From NCBI GenBank assembly GCA_965214835.1, contig CBDCCK010000002.1:1056001-1120000 (forward strand): DNA of 64,000 bases, given 5' to 3'. The notes beneath the pieces were generated by a model. The model saw only the letters and a program-made list of their open reading frames with translations, was not told the origin of the DNA and did not search any database. Source of the stretch: Nitrosopumilaceae archaeon. GTDB lineage: Archaea > Thermoproteota > Nitrososphaeria > Nitrososphaerales > Nitrosopumilaceae. Position 1 is the first letter of the stretch. The number at the start of each line of letters is the position of its first letter. Made by a program: the position numbers and the translations under genes. Below, piece after piece: positions 10,175-21,668 of this stretch.

Positions 10175-10672
10175 CCTGTATGGGTGCTTGATCTCCCTCA
10201 TCTCTGTAACCAGGTCTGCCAAACCGATAACCTCCGGCCTTGCATGGTTGCCCGTAAGCACCAGGTCCAGCCTTTCGGGCTTTGACTTGACCAGTCCAAC
10301 CACCTCGTCCAGGCTGACCAGGCCCAAGTTTACTGCATAGTTGATCTCATCAAGTATGACCAGGTCATACCTGCCTGATGAAATCTTCTCCCTGCAAATC
10401 TTCATTGCCTCCCTTGCAACCTCCTCGTGATCCGCCCTTGGACTCTTATCGTCCACTATTCCAACAAACCCCTTCCCTACGGCTGTCATCTCAAACTCCG
10501 GCTCCAGCCTCTTTGACGAGTCCATTTCACCGTAATGCCATGAGCCCTTGATGAATTGAATCATGCAGATCTTCCTGCTGTATCCTACGGCCCTCAGGGC
10601 CATGCCCAGGGCCGCAGTCGTCTTTCCCTTTCCGTTCCCCGTATAGACAATTACCAGGCCGTCTTCTCCCAT
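10139..10672 (-). CDS. cobO: Cob(I)yrinic acid a,c-diamide adenosyltransferase
   Basis: YTGNGKGKTTAALG, QFIKG, ILDEI, KHPY..G. Confidence 0.95.
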   Translation of the reverse strand: MGEDGLVIVYTGNGKGKTTAALGMALRAVGYSRKICMIQFIKGSWHYGEMDSSKRLEPEFEMTAVGKGFVGIVDDKSPRADHEEVAREAMKICREKISSGRYDLVILDEINYAVNLGLVSLDEVVGLVKSKPERLDLVLTGNHARPEVIGLADLVTEMREIKHPYRAGIKAKRGIDF

Positions 10673-10746
10673 GGCGTCTGTGAGGCCATACTCGGTAAAA
10701 AGATAACCAACAGACTATAATTGAGCAAGAACCCCACTCCCCAACA

Positions 10747-12102
10747 TTGAAGATACCCCGGGTTGTTTTGGCCGGCGCAGCAAGCGGCGTGGGCAAAACA
10801 TCGATCACCTGCGCGATCATCTACGGCCTACAAAAGCTTGGATACGGCGTACAGCCCTTCAAGGTCGGCCCTGACTATATAGATCCCAGCTATCTCTCAT
10901 CAGTATCTGGCCGGCCCGCCCGCAATCTTGATGTCTGGCTGATGGGGGCCAGACGGCTGCTTGAGGAGTTCACCCGCAACTCAAGGTCTGACATATCCAT
11001 CATCGAGGGCGTGATGGGCTATTATGACGGGTCTTCGGGGAAAAACAACCACTCCAGCACCCACCACGTGGCGGCCATCACCAAGTCAAGCACGGTTCTG
11101 GTACTGGATGCCGGCAAGGCGGCCAGATCCGTTGCCGCCACCGCGCTCGGATTTACAAGGTTTCATAGGAGTTCAAGGATTGCCGGGATCATACTCAACA
11201 GGGTGGGCAGCAAAAGGCATGAGATCCTGTGCAGGGAGGCACTGCAGGGACTGGGAATTCCGGTCATCGGAGTCATCCCCAAAAATCCGGAGTTTTTTCT
11301 GGAATCCAGGCACCTGGGGCTAGTCCCCGCCTGGGAGGAAAAAAGCCTGCAGGGGAGGATTCTGAGAGTGGCAAAGTCGATGTCTGACCTTTTAGACCTT
11401 GATCAAGTCTTGAGAGTGGCAAACAGCTCGCCACCGCTGCCCAGGCCTCAAAAAACCAAGTCAAAAAAGCCCACAGTCACAATCACGGTCGCCCTGGATA
11501 ACTCCTTCAATTTTTACTATCCTGCAAACCTCGAGTCCCTGCAACGGCAAGGCGCGCAGGTCAAATTTTTCAGCCCGGTTCATGACAAAAGGGTGCCAGA
11601 GTGCGACGGCATATACATTGGCGGCGGGTTCCCCGAGGTGTTATCGCCGTCGCTTTCAAAGAACACTGCAATGAGGAAGACAATCAGGAAACTAGCCGGC
11701 GATGGGATCCCAATCTATGCAGAGTGCGGCGGACTGATGTATCTTACCAACTCGATCCATGACGGCAAAAGGCAGTACCCGATGGTCGGATTCCTGGATG
11801 CTGATACAAAGATGACCAAGAAAATGAGACTGGGCTATACAAGGGCAGCCGTTACGTCCAGGTGCATCCTGTCTGACTCAAAAAAGCAGTTCCAGGGCCA
11901 CGAGTTTCACTATTCGGAGCTGTATGACGTCTCAAAGGATCTAAGGTTTGCCTATGATCTGGAGGTTGGGCATGGAATATCGGAGAAAAGGGACGGGATC
12001 ATCCAGGGCAATACGCTTGCATCCTACTGCCACCTGTTCTTGGACGCAAAGAACTTTGCCGGCACGCTTGTCTCAAACTGCAAAAACCATTCAAGGCGAT
12101 AG
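10747..12102 (+). CDS. cbiA: Cobyrinate a,c-diamide synthase
   Basis: SGVGKT, FKVGPDYIDP, ESRHLGL, YAECGG, GHEFHYS. Confidence 0.95.
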   Translation: MKIPRVVLAGAASGVGKTSITCAIIYGLQKLGYGVQPFKVGPDYIDPSYLSSVSGRPARNLDVWLMGARRLLEEFTRNSRSDISIIEGVMGYYDGSSGKNNHSSTHHVAAITKSSTVLVLDAGKAARSVAATALGFTRFHRSSRIAGIILNRVGSKRHEILCREALQGLGIPVIGVIPKNPEFFLESRHLGLVPAWEEKSLQGRILRVAKSMSDLLDLDQVLRVANSSPPLPRPQKTKSKKPTVTITVALDNSFNFYYPANLESLQRQGAQVKFFSPVHDKRVPECDGIYIGGGFPEVLSPSLSKNTAMRKTIRKLAGDGIPIYAECGGLMYLTNSIHDGKRQYPMVGFLDADTKMTKKMRLGYTRAAVTSRCILSDSKKQFQGHEFHYSELYDVSKDLRFAYDLEVGHGISEKRDGIIQGNTLASYCHLFLDAKNFAGTLVSNCKNHSRR

Positions 12103-12104
12103 GC

Positions 12105-12725
12105 CTAGGCTAGCCTGTAGAGCGCGTTGATTACCGCAGCTGCTACCGCGCTTCCCCCCTTTCTGCCCCTGTTGGAGATGTATTCGGCCCCCGAAGATAC
12201 CAGCTGCTCCTTTGACTCTGCTGCATTGATGAATCCGACCGGTATGCCTATTACCAGTGCAGGCCTAGCGGTCCCCTCCCTTATCATCTCCAGGACCTCC
12301 AGCAGTGCCGTCGGCGCATTCCCCACTGCGACTATCCCCCCCTCGATCTGTCCGGCAGACATTCGCATGCATACCTGGGAGCGTGTCCTTCCCTCCCGTT
12401 CTGCCCTCTCCATCACGTCTGCATCGGAGATTCTGCAGACAAGCTCGTTTTCATAGTTTTTTGGGTTCTGCTTGTTCATCCCGCCGATGACTCCATTTAC
12501 ATCCACCACTATGCTGCATCCGTCCTTTAGCGCATTGATTCCGTCCTGAATGGCATTTTTGGAGAACAGCATCGTGTTTTTACCCGCAAAGTCAAAGTCC
12601 GCAGTCGTATGGATGACCCTCCTTACTACCGGCCACTCTAGCTCGTCAAAATCATGCGGGCCCATCTCATCCTCGATTACCTGCATGCTTGCATCCTCGA
12701 TGGACTGTCCCCTCCTAGTCTGCAT
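12105..12725 (-). CDS. cbiC: Precorrin-8X methylmutase
   Basis: RVIHTTAD, GNAPTAL, PVGF..A.ESK, GRKGGS. Confidence 0.95.
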   Translation of the reverse strand: MQTRRGQSIEDASMQVIEDEMGPHDFDELEWPVVRRVIHTTADFDFAGKNTMLFSKNAIQDGINALKDGCSIVVDVNGVIGGMNKQNPKNYENELVCRISDADVMERAEREGRTRSQVCMRMSAGQIEGGIVAVGNAPTALLEVLEMIREGTARPALVIGIPVGFINAAESKEQLVSSGAEYISNRGRKGGSAVAAAVINALYRLA

Positions 12726-13467
12726 CCTCCACCTCCCTTGCACGCTCCAGTATGAGATCAACCATCTTTTCGTCGGCTCCCAGATGTCTTGTTATGCAGA
12801 CGTTTTCCAGATTCGACTCTTCGAGTGCCGGATTCAGATCCTCGTAAATGTCAGTCTTTACGTGCGCTCCCTCGTGCAAGAAATAAAAGACTATTGCCAA
12901 TGCCCCTGGGTTGTTTTTTTGGCAGGCCCTGACTCCGGCTGGAATGTCCGGCTGCTCTATCTCAAGGAAGCAGTGTCCCGCGTTCCTGTACCTGTCCCTC
13001 AGCCCGTCTACTACGTACTTTAGGGACATTTGTGCATTGGGATCCTTGCTTCCGTGGCCGATTACTAGCACGTCAACCTCGTCTTTTCCCAGTGCAATCC
13101 GCTTCTCCGCTAGTGCCGAGCCAATCCTGCTGTCGACCAAGTCAATCAGGGTTTGATGCATGCTCATCGGCTTGGTCACGACAAACTTCACACCGGTCTC
13201 CTTTTGATACTTCATCACGTCTGTCACTGCAATCTTGACCTTCTTTCCCGGATACAGAAAATACGGGACGATTGTCAGACTCTCAATATCCCTTGCCAGC
13301 GCCCCCCGGATTCCGTCCTCAATAAACGGAGGAACCACCTCTAGAAAACAAAAGTCTGCAAACTCATAGTTCCCCCTCTCCCTTACCTTTTCTGAGATTA
13401 TCTCCAGCTCCTCGGATGCCTCCCTCTCCCTGCTTCCCCTGTCGATAATCAACAGTCCCCTCCTCAT
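12715..13467 (-). CDS. cbiX: Sirohydrochlorin cobaltochelatase (two-domain CbiX)
   Basis: Duplicated chelatase domains (RGS/GHGS, FLE, GAHV..DI). Confidence 0.88.
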   Translation of the reverse strand: MRRGLLIIDRGSREREASEELEIISEKVRERGNYEFADFCFLEVVPPFIEDGIRGALARDIESLTIVPYFLYPGKKVKIAVTDVMKYQKETGVKFVVTKPMSMHQTLIDLVDSRIGSALAEKRIALGKDEVDVLVIGHGSKDPNAQMSLKYVVDGLRDRYRNAGHCFLEIEQPDIPAGVRACQKNNPGALAIVFYFLHEGAHVKTDIYEDLNPALEESNLENVCITRHLGADEKMVDLILERAREVEDAD

Positions 13468-14525
13468 TCCGTCCTCCTTGCCACGGCAATGGTCAAGTCA
13501 GGAGGGAATTTCTGCTTTTCGACTACCAGCTTGCCCTTTGAGACTAGGAGGGCAGCTGCCTCCGATACGCTGGCAGTCCCCTCAAACGCCTTTACGGTAT
13601 CTGACGGGTTTGGGGCGCTTACGGCGGCCAGCTCCTCCCCTCCCACGTACTGAACCGGAACATTCATCTCGTCCCCTATCTGGACTAGTCCCTCAACATC
13701 CTGCGGCTTTTTTATCGAGGCCAGTCCGCTGATGGACTCCGGACTCAGCTTGTGCCTCTCAAAGGTCTTCCGTATTCCCTCCCTGATGGTATCACTGGAT
13801 GTGTCCCTGTGCAGCCCGATGCCTACCACCAGCGACCTTGGCCTGTATACTACCGACTTTGACGCCATGTCCGGATCTATTACTTTGTCGGTGATTATCA
13901 GGCATGCCTTGGAGTCTGACCTTCTCATCTCCTCCATGCTGTCAAAAACCGTGACGTTTCCTGGCAGCTCTCCCTTCCACCAGCCTTTCTCCCCCGCGTT
14001 TTGATAGACCCCGATCTTTTCATTGTTTACCATGTGTGCACTAGTTGCAGTTACCGTAGAGTCGTCCTCGATCCTCCATCCAAACTCTTTTCCGACTAGA
14101 TCGACTGCAATGGTCTTGTTTACATCTGCAGCCGTCGTAATGACGGGCGTGGAGTTCAGCCTGCCTGCAATCTCCTCTGCCAGCCTGTTTGCCCCGCCTA
14201 GATGTCCGGACAGGACACTAATGACAAAGTTGGCCCTGTCGTCTATTACAATTACGGCGGGATCCGTTTTCTTATCCTTCAGATGCGGCGAGACCAGCCT
14301 GATTACCGCTCCCAGTGAAAACAGGCATACGAGCGCCTCGCTGGATCTGAACAGCTCCCCGATTTTTTCTGCGGATGATTCTGAAAACCAGTCTATTCCC
14401 GGCTCCCGGGTCTTGAATTTTTCAGGGACATGCAGCTCCCAGTCCTGAAACGCGCCCTTGATTCTCCTGCCGATCTCAACCCCATTTTTTGTGATCGCCA
14501 CAATGGCTATTCTTTCCACAGTCAT
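13464..14525 (-). CDS. cbiG: Cobalt-precorrin-5A hydrolase
   Basis: DKKTDPAV, LSGHLGGAN, VITTA, SVSEAAAL. Confidence 0.93.
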   Translation of the reverse strand: MTVERIAIVAITKNGVEIGRRIKGAFQDWELHVPEKFKTREPGIDWFSESSAEKIGELFRSSEALVCLFSLGAVIRLVSPHLKDKKTDPAVIVIDDRANFVISVLSGHLGGANRLAEEIAGRLNSTPVITTAADVNKTIAVDLVGKEFGWRIEDDSTVTATSAHMVNNEKIGVYQNAGEKGWWKGELPGNVTVFDSMEEMRRSDSKACLIITDKVIDPDMASKSVVYRPRSLVVGIGLHRDTSSDTIREGIRKTFERHKLSPESISGLASIKKPQDVEGLVQIGDEMNVPVQYVGGEELAAVSAPNPSDTVKAFEGTASVSEAAALLVSKGKLVVEKQKFPPDLTIAVARRTE

Positions 14526-14552
14526 ACACACCAGTTTTTTAATAAAATATCT

Positions 14553-15623
14553 TTACTTTTGTGCCAGGACTGCCCCGTCAAAATCAAACAGTATCACCCG
14601 GATTGAAACCCTCCCCTCGGAGAGACTCTGCATGTGCCTGTAGACATTGTCGCATATTAGCTGGAAAAACCCGTCAATATTGTTCTCCTTTACTATCTCA
14701 GAGACGTGTCTGGCAGTATTGGCCTCTAGGATCTGCTTGGATACGCTCTTGCTTGCGCCGCACCGCGTGGACAAGTCCGACAGGAACCCCATGTCCACCT
14801 TGGATCCCTTTACGTGGGTCTGTTTTACTCCCGCTGCCATCTTTGCCAGCTTTCCAATGAATCCCACCACATAGGCCTGCTCCATCCCCTTTTTTGCACA
14901 CTGCTGAATCGTATATCCTGCAAAGTCGCCCATCTGTACAAAGCAGTGCTCGCTTTTATCCATGATTTTTCTTGAAAACTCCTCGCTGCGGCCGCCCGTG
15001 GTCAGCACGACAGTCCTGTCTCCTGCGGCAATGGCAACGTCAAGATTCTGGCGTATGGATGCAGCATAGGATGCCGTGGAGAACGGAACGACTATCCCGC
15101 TTGTGCCAAGAATCGAGATTCCGCCCACAATTCCCAGCCTTGGATTGTCGGTTTTTGGCGCCAGCTCCCTCCCCCTGGGCACAGAAATAACCACCCTGAT
15201 CCCGCTCCTTTCTAAGATATCGCCGCCGATCTCGTTGAGATTTTCAACAATCATTTTTTTTGGAACCGGGTTGATTGCCGCCTTGTTGATTTCCAGCCCC
15301 AGGCCCGGCTTTGTCACCGTGCCGACTCCCACGCCCCCATCTATCTCAATCCGGCCCCGGTTTTCTGTCAGCTCCAGATTCACGACGATCTCGGCGCCGT
15401 GTGTGACGTCCGGATCGTCCCCCCCGTCCTTTATTACCGAGCAGAGCGCATGTGACTCTCCAAACTCGCACCTCTCAATTTTGATGCTGATGCAGTCCCC
15501 CCTGGGAATCTTGATGTCTGCAGACCTGATGCTCTTTTGATCCCTTATTGCAAGCAGTGCGGCCTTTGAGGCTGCAGTGGCGCAGGAGCCTGTCGTAAAA
15601 CCGGTACGCAGCTTTGAGTCCAC
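14553..15623 (-). CDS. cbiD: Cobalt-precorrin-5B C1-methyltransferase
   Basis: LRTGFTTGSCATAA, KDGGDDPDVTHG, GGISILGTSG. Confidence 0.96.
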   Translation of the reverse strand: MDSKLRTGFTTGSCATAASKAALLAIRDQKSIRSADIKIPRGDCISIKIERCEFGESHALCSVIKDGGDDPDVTHGAEIVVNLELTENRGRIEIDGGVGVGTVTKPGLGLEINKAAINPVPKKMIVENLNEIGGDILERSGIRVVISVPRGRELAPKTDNPRLGIVGGISILGTSGIVVPFSTASYAASIRQNLDVAIAAGDRTVVLTTGGRSEEFSRKIMDKSEHCFVQMGDFAGYTIQQCAKKGMEQAYVVGFIGKLAKMAAGVKQTHVKGSKVDMGFLSDLSTRCGASKSVSKQILEANTARHVSEIVKENNIDGFFQLICDNVYRHMQSLSEGRVSIRVILFDFDGAVLAQK

Positions 15624-15664
15624 AAGCTGGGTATCCCGGCTGGGATTTTATCTCTTGCCACGCA

Positions 15665-15769
15665 GTACGAGACCATCCCCACCTGACCATCCATGCTAAA
15701 AAAAACCAGGCACGAACTGCATGCAGCTGTGATTTTCACGCCTGGCCAGCAGGAGGCGTGGCCTCGTAC
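15665..15769. mobile_element. MITE family B
   Basis: GTACGAG...CTCGTAC ends; internal CAGGCACGAA..TGTGATTTTC as in 42156-42247; no clean TSD. Confidence 0.72.
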
Positions 15770-15809
15770 ACGGCGTACCCTTAAAATCATAGCAGCCGCA
15801 CCTGCAGAC

Positions 15810-16655
15810 ATGCCTGACGGCCCCTCCATTGCCATTACCGGCGCCGGCGGCTTTGTCGCAACAAATCTCAGGAGGAGCCTGGGGGACTTTCAACTCTTGA
15901 GCTTTTCTAGGAGCGCACTCAGGCCGTTAAAAAACGAAAAACCCATACGTACTGACTATTCCTCCAGTGAACTGCTGGCCTCACAGCTCAAGTCCAGCGA
16001 TGTCCTGGTTCACCTGATCGGCATTGGTGAGAGCAGCAGCAGTTCTGGATTCGTTGATGTGAACATAAACCTCACATCCATGGTTGTCCGTGCTGCAAAA
16101 TCGGCCAAAGTCAAGCAGATTGTTTTTCTTAGCGGGCTGGGCGTGTCTCCAAACAATTCTGTAGATTATTTTGTCTCAAAGTTCCATGCGGAAAAAATCA
16201 TCCGCGAGTCCGGGATTGCCTATACCATCTTCCGCCCCTCCTTTATCATTGGCGAAAATGATCATCTGACGCAGCTGCTGAACCGACAGATCAGGACGGG
16301 AACCATATGCGTCCCTGACGACGGAAAATACGTCTTGGAGCCCATATCCATCCATGATGTAGTTGCCATCATCCGAGATTCGTTTATGAACGAGAAGTTC
16401 CTTGGAAAAACCATGGATCTTGTAGGGCCCACGGCCATGACCCTCATGGGTTTTGTCAAGCTGTTCTGTAAAAACAGGCGCGTAAGGATCTCCCCGGCCT
16501 CCATGGAGGACTGCATGCGGGATGCACTCACCAGTCAAAGGCCCATGTACAGCATAGATGATCTCATTCTTCTCTCCGGGAACTATTTTGGTAATTTTGA
16601 GAATCTGCGAGAGGCATACGGCAGGCCCATAAAATCAGTAGAAGACTTTCTATAG
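15810..16655 (+). CDS. NAD-dependent epimerase/atypical SDR (NDUFA9-like)
   Basis: [17 protein letters not shown] motifs; the longer ORF start runs through the MITE. Confidence 0.85.
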   Translation: MPDGPSIAITGAGGFVATNLRRSLGDFQLLSFSRSALRPLKNEKPIRTDYSSSELLASQLKSSDVLVHLIGIGESSSSSGFVDVNINLTSMVVRAAKSAKVKQIVFLSGLGVSPNNSVDYFVSKFHAEKIIRESGIAYTIFRPSFIIGENDHLTQLLNRQIRTGTICVPDDGKYVLEPISIHDVVAIIRDSFMNEKFLGKTMDLVGPTAMTLMGFVKLFCKNRRVRISPASMEDCMRDALTSQRPMYSIDDLILLSGNYFGNFENLREAYGRPIKSVEDFL

Positions 16656-17816
16656 CCCGGATTGCTGCCTCAGCGTGGTGGCCATGTCGGTGGATTCCCA
16701 CCTGAATTCGGGCTCCTCCCTGCCAAAGTGTCCGTATGCTGCAGTCCTTCTATAGATTGGCCTCTTAAGGTCCAGCTGGGAGATGATTCCGGACGGCCTC
16801 AAGTCAAAGTTATCCCTTACGACTTGCTCAATTCTTTCCTCGGGAACCTTGTTTGTTCCAAATGCGTTGATCATCAGGGATACCGGCTCGGCAACGCCGA
16901 TTGCATATGCGACCTGAACCTCACACCTGTCTGCAAGTCCCGCGGCGACTATGTTCTTTGCGACATACCTGCACATGTAGGATGCGGATCTGTCGACCTT
17001 GGATGGATCCTTTCCTGAAAACGCCCCTCCGCCGTGCCTGCCAAATCCGCCATAGGTATCCACAATAATCTTCCTTCCCGTCACCCCCGCATCCCCGTGG
17101 GGACCGCCTATCTCAAACTTTCCCGTAGGGTTTACGTGGATCTTGATATCGTCATTCCACCACCTGCCACAAACCGGCCTGACTATTTTTTCAACTAGCT
17201 CCCTTGAGATCTCATCATTGGAAACATCTGGGGCGTGCTGCGTTGATATCACTATTGTCTCGATTCTTACCGGCCTGTCATCCTCATAGCGAACGGAGAC
17301 CTGTGATTTTCCATCCGGCCTGAGCCATGCAATGTCCTTTGACTTTCTCAGCTCTGCCAGCCTGGCAGTCAGCCTGTGTGAAAGCAAAATCGGCAGCGGC
17401 ATGAGCTCCTTTGTTTCATTGGTGGCATATCCGAACATCAGGCCCTGATCCCCCGCTCCCTGTTCCCTGTCCTCCGTTGCAGTCACTCCCAGGCTGATAT
17501 CCGGGCTCTGAGAATGCAGCCTCAGCTCGACGGTACATGACTTGTCATCGAACCTCAGCCCGGGGTCGTCGTATCCGATGTCCCTGATCACGCTCCTGAC
17601 TAGCTCCTCCTGGGCGGCTTTGTCAAACTGCGCCTTTGACGTCACCTCGCCTGCAACAGCTACAAAGTCCGTTGAGGTCATCGTTTCCACGGCGACCCTG
17701 GAGTCAGGATCCTGCCTCAGCAGCTCATCTAGTATCGCATCTGATATCTGATCACATACCTTGTCGGGATGTCCCTCGGTAACTGACTCTGACGTAAACA
17801 GAAATGTCCTGGACAT
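16650..17816 (-). CDS. metK: S-adenosylmethionine synthetase (bacterial type)
   Basis: [26 protein letters not shown]. Confidence 0.97.
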   Translation of the reverse strand: MSRTFLFTSESVTEGHPDKVCDQISDAILDELLRQDPDSRVAVETMTSTDFVAVAGEVTSKAQFDKAAQEELVRSVIRDIGYDDPGLRFDDKSCTVELRLHSQSPDISLGVTATEDREQGAGDQGLMFGYATNETKELMPLPILLSHRLTARLAELRKSKDIAWLRPDGKSQVSVRYEDDRPVRIETIVISTQHAPDVSNDEISRELVEKIVRPVCGRWWNDDIKIHVNPTGKFEIGGPHGDAGVTGRKIIVDTYGGFGRHGGGAFSGKDPSKVDRSASYMCRYVAKNIVAAGLADRCEVQVAYAIGVAEPVSLMINAFGTNKVPEERIEQVVRDNFDLRPSGIISQLDLKRPIYRRTAAYGHFGREEPEFRWESTDMATTLRQQSGL

Positions 17817-17829
17817 AAAATCACATGAA

Positions 17830-18072
17830 CTACAGCTCGTTTTCTAGCTTGATGAAAAGTACGTTGTTTCCTCTCACTATGACCCGCCCATAGTTTGCAA
17901 CTACCCTGCTCCCCTGGAGCTCCTCGGCATCAGTCATGATTAGGTTCATGTAAGAGTCCACATTGTCCATTTTTCCCTTGTATTCGACCTCGTTCTTCAA
18001 TCGGACAGTCACCGGTTTTTTTGTGCTTTTTTGCAGCGTTGTCAGTGGCCTTTTTGGACTTGTCTGTGACAT
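17830..18072 (-). CDS. Sm/Lsm-family RNA-binding protein
   Basis: Sm1 ([14 protein letters not shown]) and Sm2 (IVRGNNV) motifs. Confidence 0.92.
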   Translation of the reverse strand: MSQTSPKRPLTTLQKSTKKPVTVRLKNEVEYKGKMDNVDSYMNLIMTDAEELQGSRVVANYGRVIVRGNNVLFIKLENEL

Positions 18073-18158
18073 CTGTTAATCACTTGTGTGCTTTGCTTGC
18101 ATTCCAGAATAAAAGCCTTGCCTATTTTCATGCCTAGGGGATACTCCTTTAATTTTCC

Positions 18159-18848
18159 ATGGTGGTTATCTTTAACATGGTTATCAGCAAAATACCCCCG
18201 GTTGACAATTTTTTCAAAAACGGAATTCCGGACGGGATTTTGATCGATATATTTGGCGCAAACGGCACTGGAAAGTCCCAGTTTGTCCTGCAGGCTGCGG
18301 TTCACACAGCTTCGGACGGCAAGCCTGTTCTGTTTCATGATACTACCGGCGCATTTAGGCCAGAAAGAATGCTTGAGATCATCAGAGCCCACAACCTGGA
18401 TCCGGCCATCCTAGACAGCATTACCGTCTCCCGCATAACCAACGTTTCAGAACAGACCAGCTCACTGTCAAAGATCAGACCGGAGTCCTTCTCATGCTTG
18501 ATCATAGATAACATATCTGATTTGTTTTCATTTGAATACTCTGATGAAGGGCGGTTCATTGAGCGAAACAAGCGCCTTCTGAGGTACATGAAGAGCCTTT
18601 CCACATTTTCCATAACCCGCAACACAACGGTCCTTTTTACCAACGTGGTGAGAAATTCCAATGACAGGCAGGTTGAAAATTTTGAAAGAACCATTGATTT
18701 ATTCACCCATGTAAAAATAAGACTTGAAAGGCAGGGAGGCAAGCACAGATGCACGTGCTTTTCTGCATTTGAGCAGAAAATCTTCGATTTTGAAATAAAC
18801 GCCTCCGGAATCTCTGTTCTCAGGCAAAACCATTCCGGAACCGATTGA
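18159..18848 (+). CDS. RadA paralog (RadB/aRadC-like RecA-fold ATPase)
   Basis: GANGTGKS, FRPER, LIIDN; no N-terminal HhH domain. Confidence 0.8.
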   Translation: MVVIFNMVISKIPPVDNFFKNGIPDGILIDIFGANGTGKSQFVLQAAVHTASDGKPVLFHDTTGAFRPERMLEIIRAHNLDPAILDSITVSRITNVSEQTSSLSKIRPESFSCLIIDNISDLFSFEYSDEGRFIERNKRLLRYMKSLSTFSITRNTTVLFTNVVRNSNDRQVENFERTIDLFTHVKIRLERQGGKHRCTCFSAFEQKIFDFEINASGISVLRQNHSGTD

Positions 18849-18917
18849 ACATGGAGAGTGCTTGGCCCCTATCAGTTATTACCGTGATGCCGCCTGCTAT
18901 ATGTCTGGTGATGGCAT

Positions 18918-21668
18918 GTGGAAGAATCCAGACCAAGTCAAACACGCAGCCCCGGGATTGGGGATGTTCAAGAAAAGTTCTCCACTCTGGGATTTGACAG
19001 GCTGACCGAGATCCAGCAAAAGGCCATCCCCCTGATTCTGAACAGGAAGCACTCACTTTTGATTGCCCCTACCGGATCCGGAAAGACAGAGTCCTCCGTA
19101 ATCCCAATCTTTTCCCTGCTGCGGCAATCCAAAAAGCCCGGCAGGATCAAGGCGCTGTACATTACTCCCCTGCGCGCCCTGAACCGCGACGTCTTTAGAA
19201 GGATCACCAGGTACGCCCACAATGAAAACCTGACAATTGAAATCCGGCACGGCGATACGTCTCAAAAAATCAGGCGCAAGATCTCAGACAGTCCTCCCGA
19301 CGTCTTGATCACCACCCCTGAGACCCTCGTCATCCTCCTCACCCAGAAAAAATACCTTGACGCCCTCTCAGAAATCGAATGGGTGATTGTAGACGAGGTC
19401 CACGAGCTACTGCCAAGTGAGCGTGGGACGCAGCTGGCGCTTAGCCTGGAACGATTGCAGCGGAATTCTCAGATCCAATTCACGCGGATCGGACTGTCTG
19501 CAACAGTCGGCAATCCAAGCGATGCTGCACAATTCATTGCAGGAACAGGCCGAAGCTTTGCAATTGCCAAGGACACCTCGGTCAGAAAATACGACGTTGA
19601 CGTGCAGTACGTGGACGGCACGGTAACCGATGTTGCAGACTCTATCATAGATTATGTTGCAAGCCAAGGACTTGATTCCCCCGTCCTGCTATTTACAAAC
19701 ACGCGGGGGGAGGCAGAGTTTCTGGCATCAGTCCTCAAGGAGAAGTCCAGCATAGGCATTGAGCTGCACCACGGCTCGCTGTCAAAGGAGGTGCGTGAGG
19801 AGACCGAGGAGTCTCTCAGGAGTGGGAGTCCGGGCATAGTCGTGTGTACCTCCTCCCTTGAGCTGGGCCTAGATATCGGCTCCGTTGAGCTGGTAATCCA
19901 CTACGGCTCCCCTAGGCAGGTATCCAAACTAATTCAGAGAATAGGCAGAAGCAGGCACAACCGAAGATCATCTGCAAAGGGACTCATCATTACAAACAAT
20001 GCCGATGATGAGCTTGAGGCAAAGGCCATTCTTCGGAGGATCCAAGAGGGCACAATCGAGGAGCAAAAGATTCATTCTGGCTCACTTGACGTTCTGGCCC
20101 ATCATATGGTGGGACTCACGCTGCAGCTTGGGGAGGTCTCCGTCGAGAGGGGCTATGAGATTGCGTCGCAGTCGTTCCCGTTTAGGGATCTGCCCCTGGA
20201 GGAGTTCATCTCTGTTCTGGATCTGCTGGATTCCAGCTATCTGATCTTCTTTGATCGCAAAACAATGAGCTTTTGGAAGAAGGGCAGGACCTTTAGGTAC
20301 TACTTTGAGAACCTTTCGACCATCCCGGACATTCTAAAGTTCAGGGTCTTTGACGCGATAGGAAAAAAAACCATCGGCACCCTTGATCAGAGGTTTGTCG
20401 GAGACTATGGCGATCCTGGAAACGTCTTCGTACTCAAGGGATCCCACTGGAGAATTATCAGCGTGGACGAAAGATCCCTGATAGTAAACGTGGAGCCTGT
20501 TCGCGGCGCAGGCGTCACCGTCCCCTACTGGGAGGGCGAGAGCATACCCGTTGACTTTTCAACTGCACGCAAGGTTGGCCTGTTTCGGGCAAAGGCATCT
20601 GCGGGGGAGCTAGATGTCGCAAGCAGGGTAATCTCCGAGCTAGGGCTTCGGCCCGTTCCCGACGAGACGACGATAGTGATCGAGTCCGTCCGGACCGATG
20701 GAAGCATAGTCCTGCATTCATGCCTTGGCACTAGGATCAACTCCACGCTGGCCACCCTGCTGTCCTCGATGCTTTCTGCAGTCCTGGGCTACCAGGTGGA
20801 TGGCCGCTCTGACGCCTACAGAATCGCACTCACCTCCCGGGGACGGATCTCTGAAAAGATTCTGGGCGAGGTTCTGCATGACCAATACAACCTTGATGAG
20901 GTAGTCTCGGCGTCATTGTCTGGCACGCATAATGTGAACTGGAGAACCTGGTGCGTTGCCAAAAAGTTCGGGATCGTCAGCCGCGATTCTGTCTATGAGC
21001 GAAAGTCCGCGCGGTTTCTTTATGAGCGATATGTGAACACCCCGCTGGTCAAGGAGTCCCTCCGCGAGCTGTTTCATGACAAGTACGATCTGGACGGCAC
21101 GGGCAAGATACTAGAACAGATCAGATGCAACCAAATCAAGACGGTCTGGAATGATCTGGACGGCTTTTCAAAGCTGGCAGAGCCAATACTGGATCATACC
21201 GCAAAATATTACTCAAACCCGTCCACCGTCGATAAGGGAATCATGGACATGGTCAAGGCAAGGCTGCTGAAAACAAAGCATCGCTTGGTCTGTGTCCGGT
21301 GTGGGAGGTGGGAGCGCTCTGTCGAGACCGATGAGGTCAACTCGATCCTAGCCTGCCCCCGGTGCAAGGCGCGTCAAATCACTGCCACGTACTATTCTGA
21401 CTATGACCTACCTGGGATTGTGCGAAAAAAGCACGACGGCAAAAAACTGACTCCTGACGAGGAGCACAAGTTTGCGAGGGCATGGAAGGTCTCCTCCCTG
21501 ATTGAGAATTTTGGCAAGACTGCACTGATTGTACTTTCCGGTTACGGGGTGGGGGCTGACACTGCTGCCAGGATACTGCGCAACATGGTAGACGACGAGG
21601 TACTGTACAAGCAGATCTACGAGTCCGAAAGGCAGTATGTGATGACCAGGGGATTTTGGGATTCCTAG
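18918..21668 (+). CDS. Lhr-family SF2 helicase with C-terminal Zn finger
   Basis: APTGSGKT, TPLRALNRD, DEVH, SSLELGLDIG, QRIGRS.H. Confidence 0.92.
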   Translation: MEESRPSQTRSPGIGDVQEKFSTLGFDRLTEIQQKAIPLILNRKHSLLIAPTGSGKTESSVIPIFSLLRQSKKPGRIKALYITPLRALNRDVFRRITRYAHNENLTIEIRHGDTSQKIRRKISDSPPDVLITTPETLVILLTQKKYLDALSEIEWVIVDEVHELLPSERGTQLALSLERLQRNSQIQFTRIGLSATVGNPSDAAQFIAGTGRSFAIAKDTSVRKYDVDVQYVDGTVTDVADSIIDYVASQGLDSPVLLFTNTRGEAEFLASVLKEKSSIGIELHHGSLSKEVREETEESLRSGSPGIVVCTSSLELGLDIGSVELVIHYGSPRQVSKLIQRIGRSRHNRRSSAKGLIITNNADDELEAKAILRRIQEGTIEEQKIHSGSLDVLAHHMVGLTLQLGEVSVERGYEIASQSFPFRDLPLEEFISVLDLLDSSYLIFFDRKTMSFWKKGRTFRYYFENLSTIPDILKFRVFDAIGKKTIGTLDQRFVGDYGDPGNVFVLKGSHWRIISVDERSLIVNVEPVRGAGVTVPYWEGESIPVDFSTARKVGLFRAKASAGELDVASRVISELGLRPVPDETTIVIESVRTDGSIVLHSCLGTRINSTLATLLSSMLSAVLGYQVDGRSDAYRIALTSRGRISEKILGEVLHDQYNLDEVVSASLSGTHNVNWRTWCVAKKFGIVSRDSVYERKSARFLYERYVNTPLVKESLRELFHDKYDLDGTGKILEQIRCNQIKTVWNDLDGFSKLAEPILDHTAKYYSNPSTVDKGIMDMVKARLLKTKHRLVCVRCGRWERSVETDEVNSILACPRCKARQITATYYSDYDLPGIVRKKHDGKKLTPDEEHKFARAWKVSSLIENFGKTALIVLSGYGVGADTAARILRNMVDDEVLYKQIYESERQYVMTRGFWDS

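Noticed and set aside
16650-17816. Bacterial-type MetK as a novel transfer
   Set aside because: To my knowledge already typical of this archaeal group; the gene sits in a core block.
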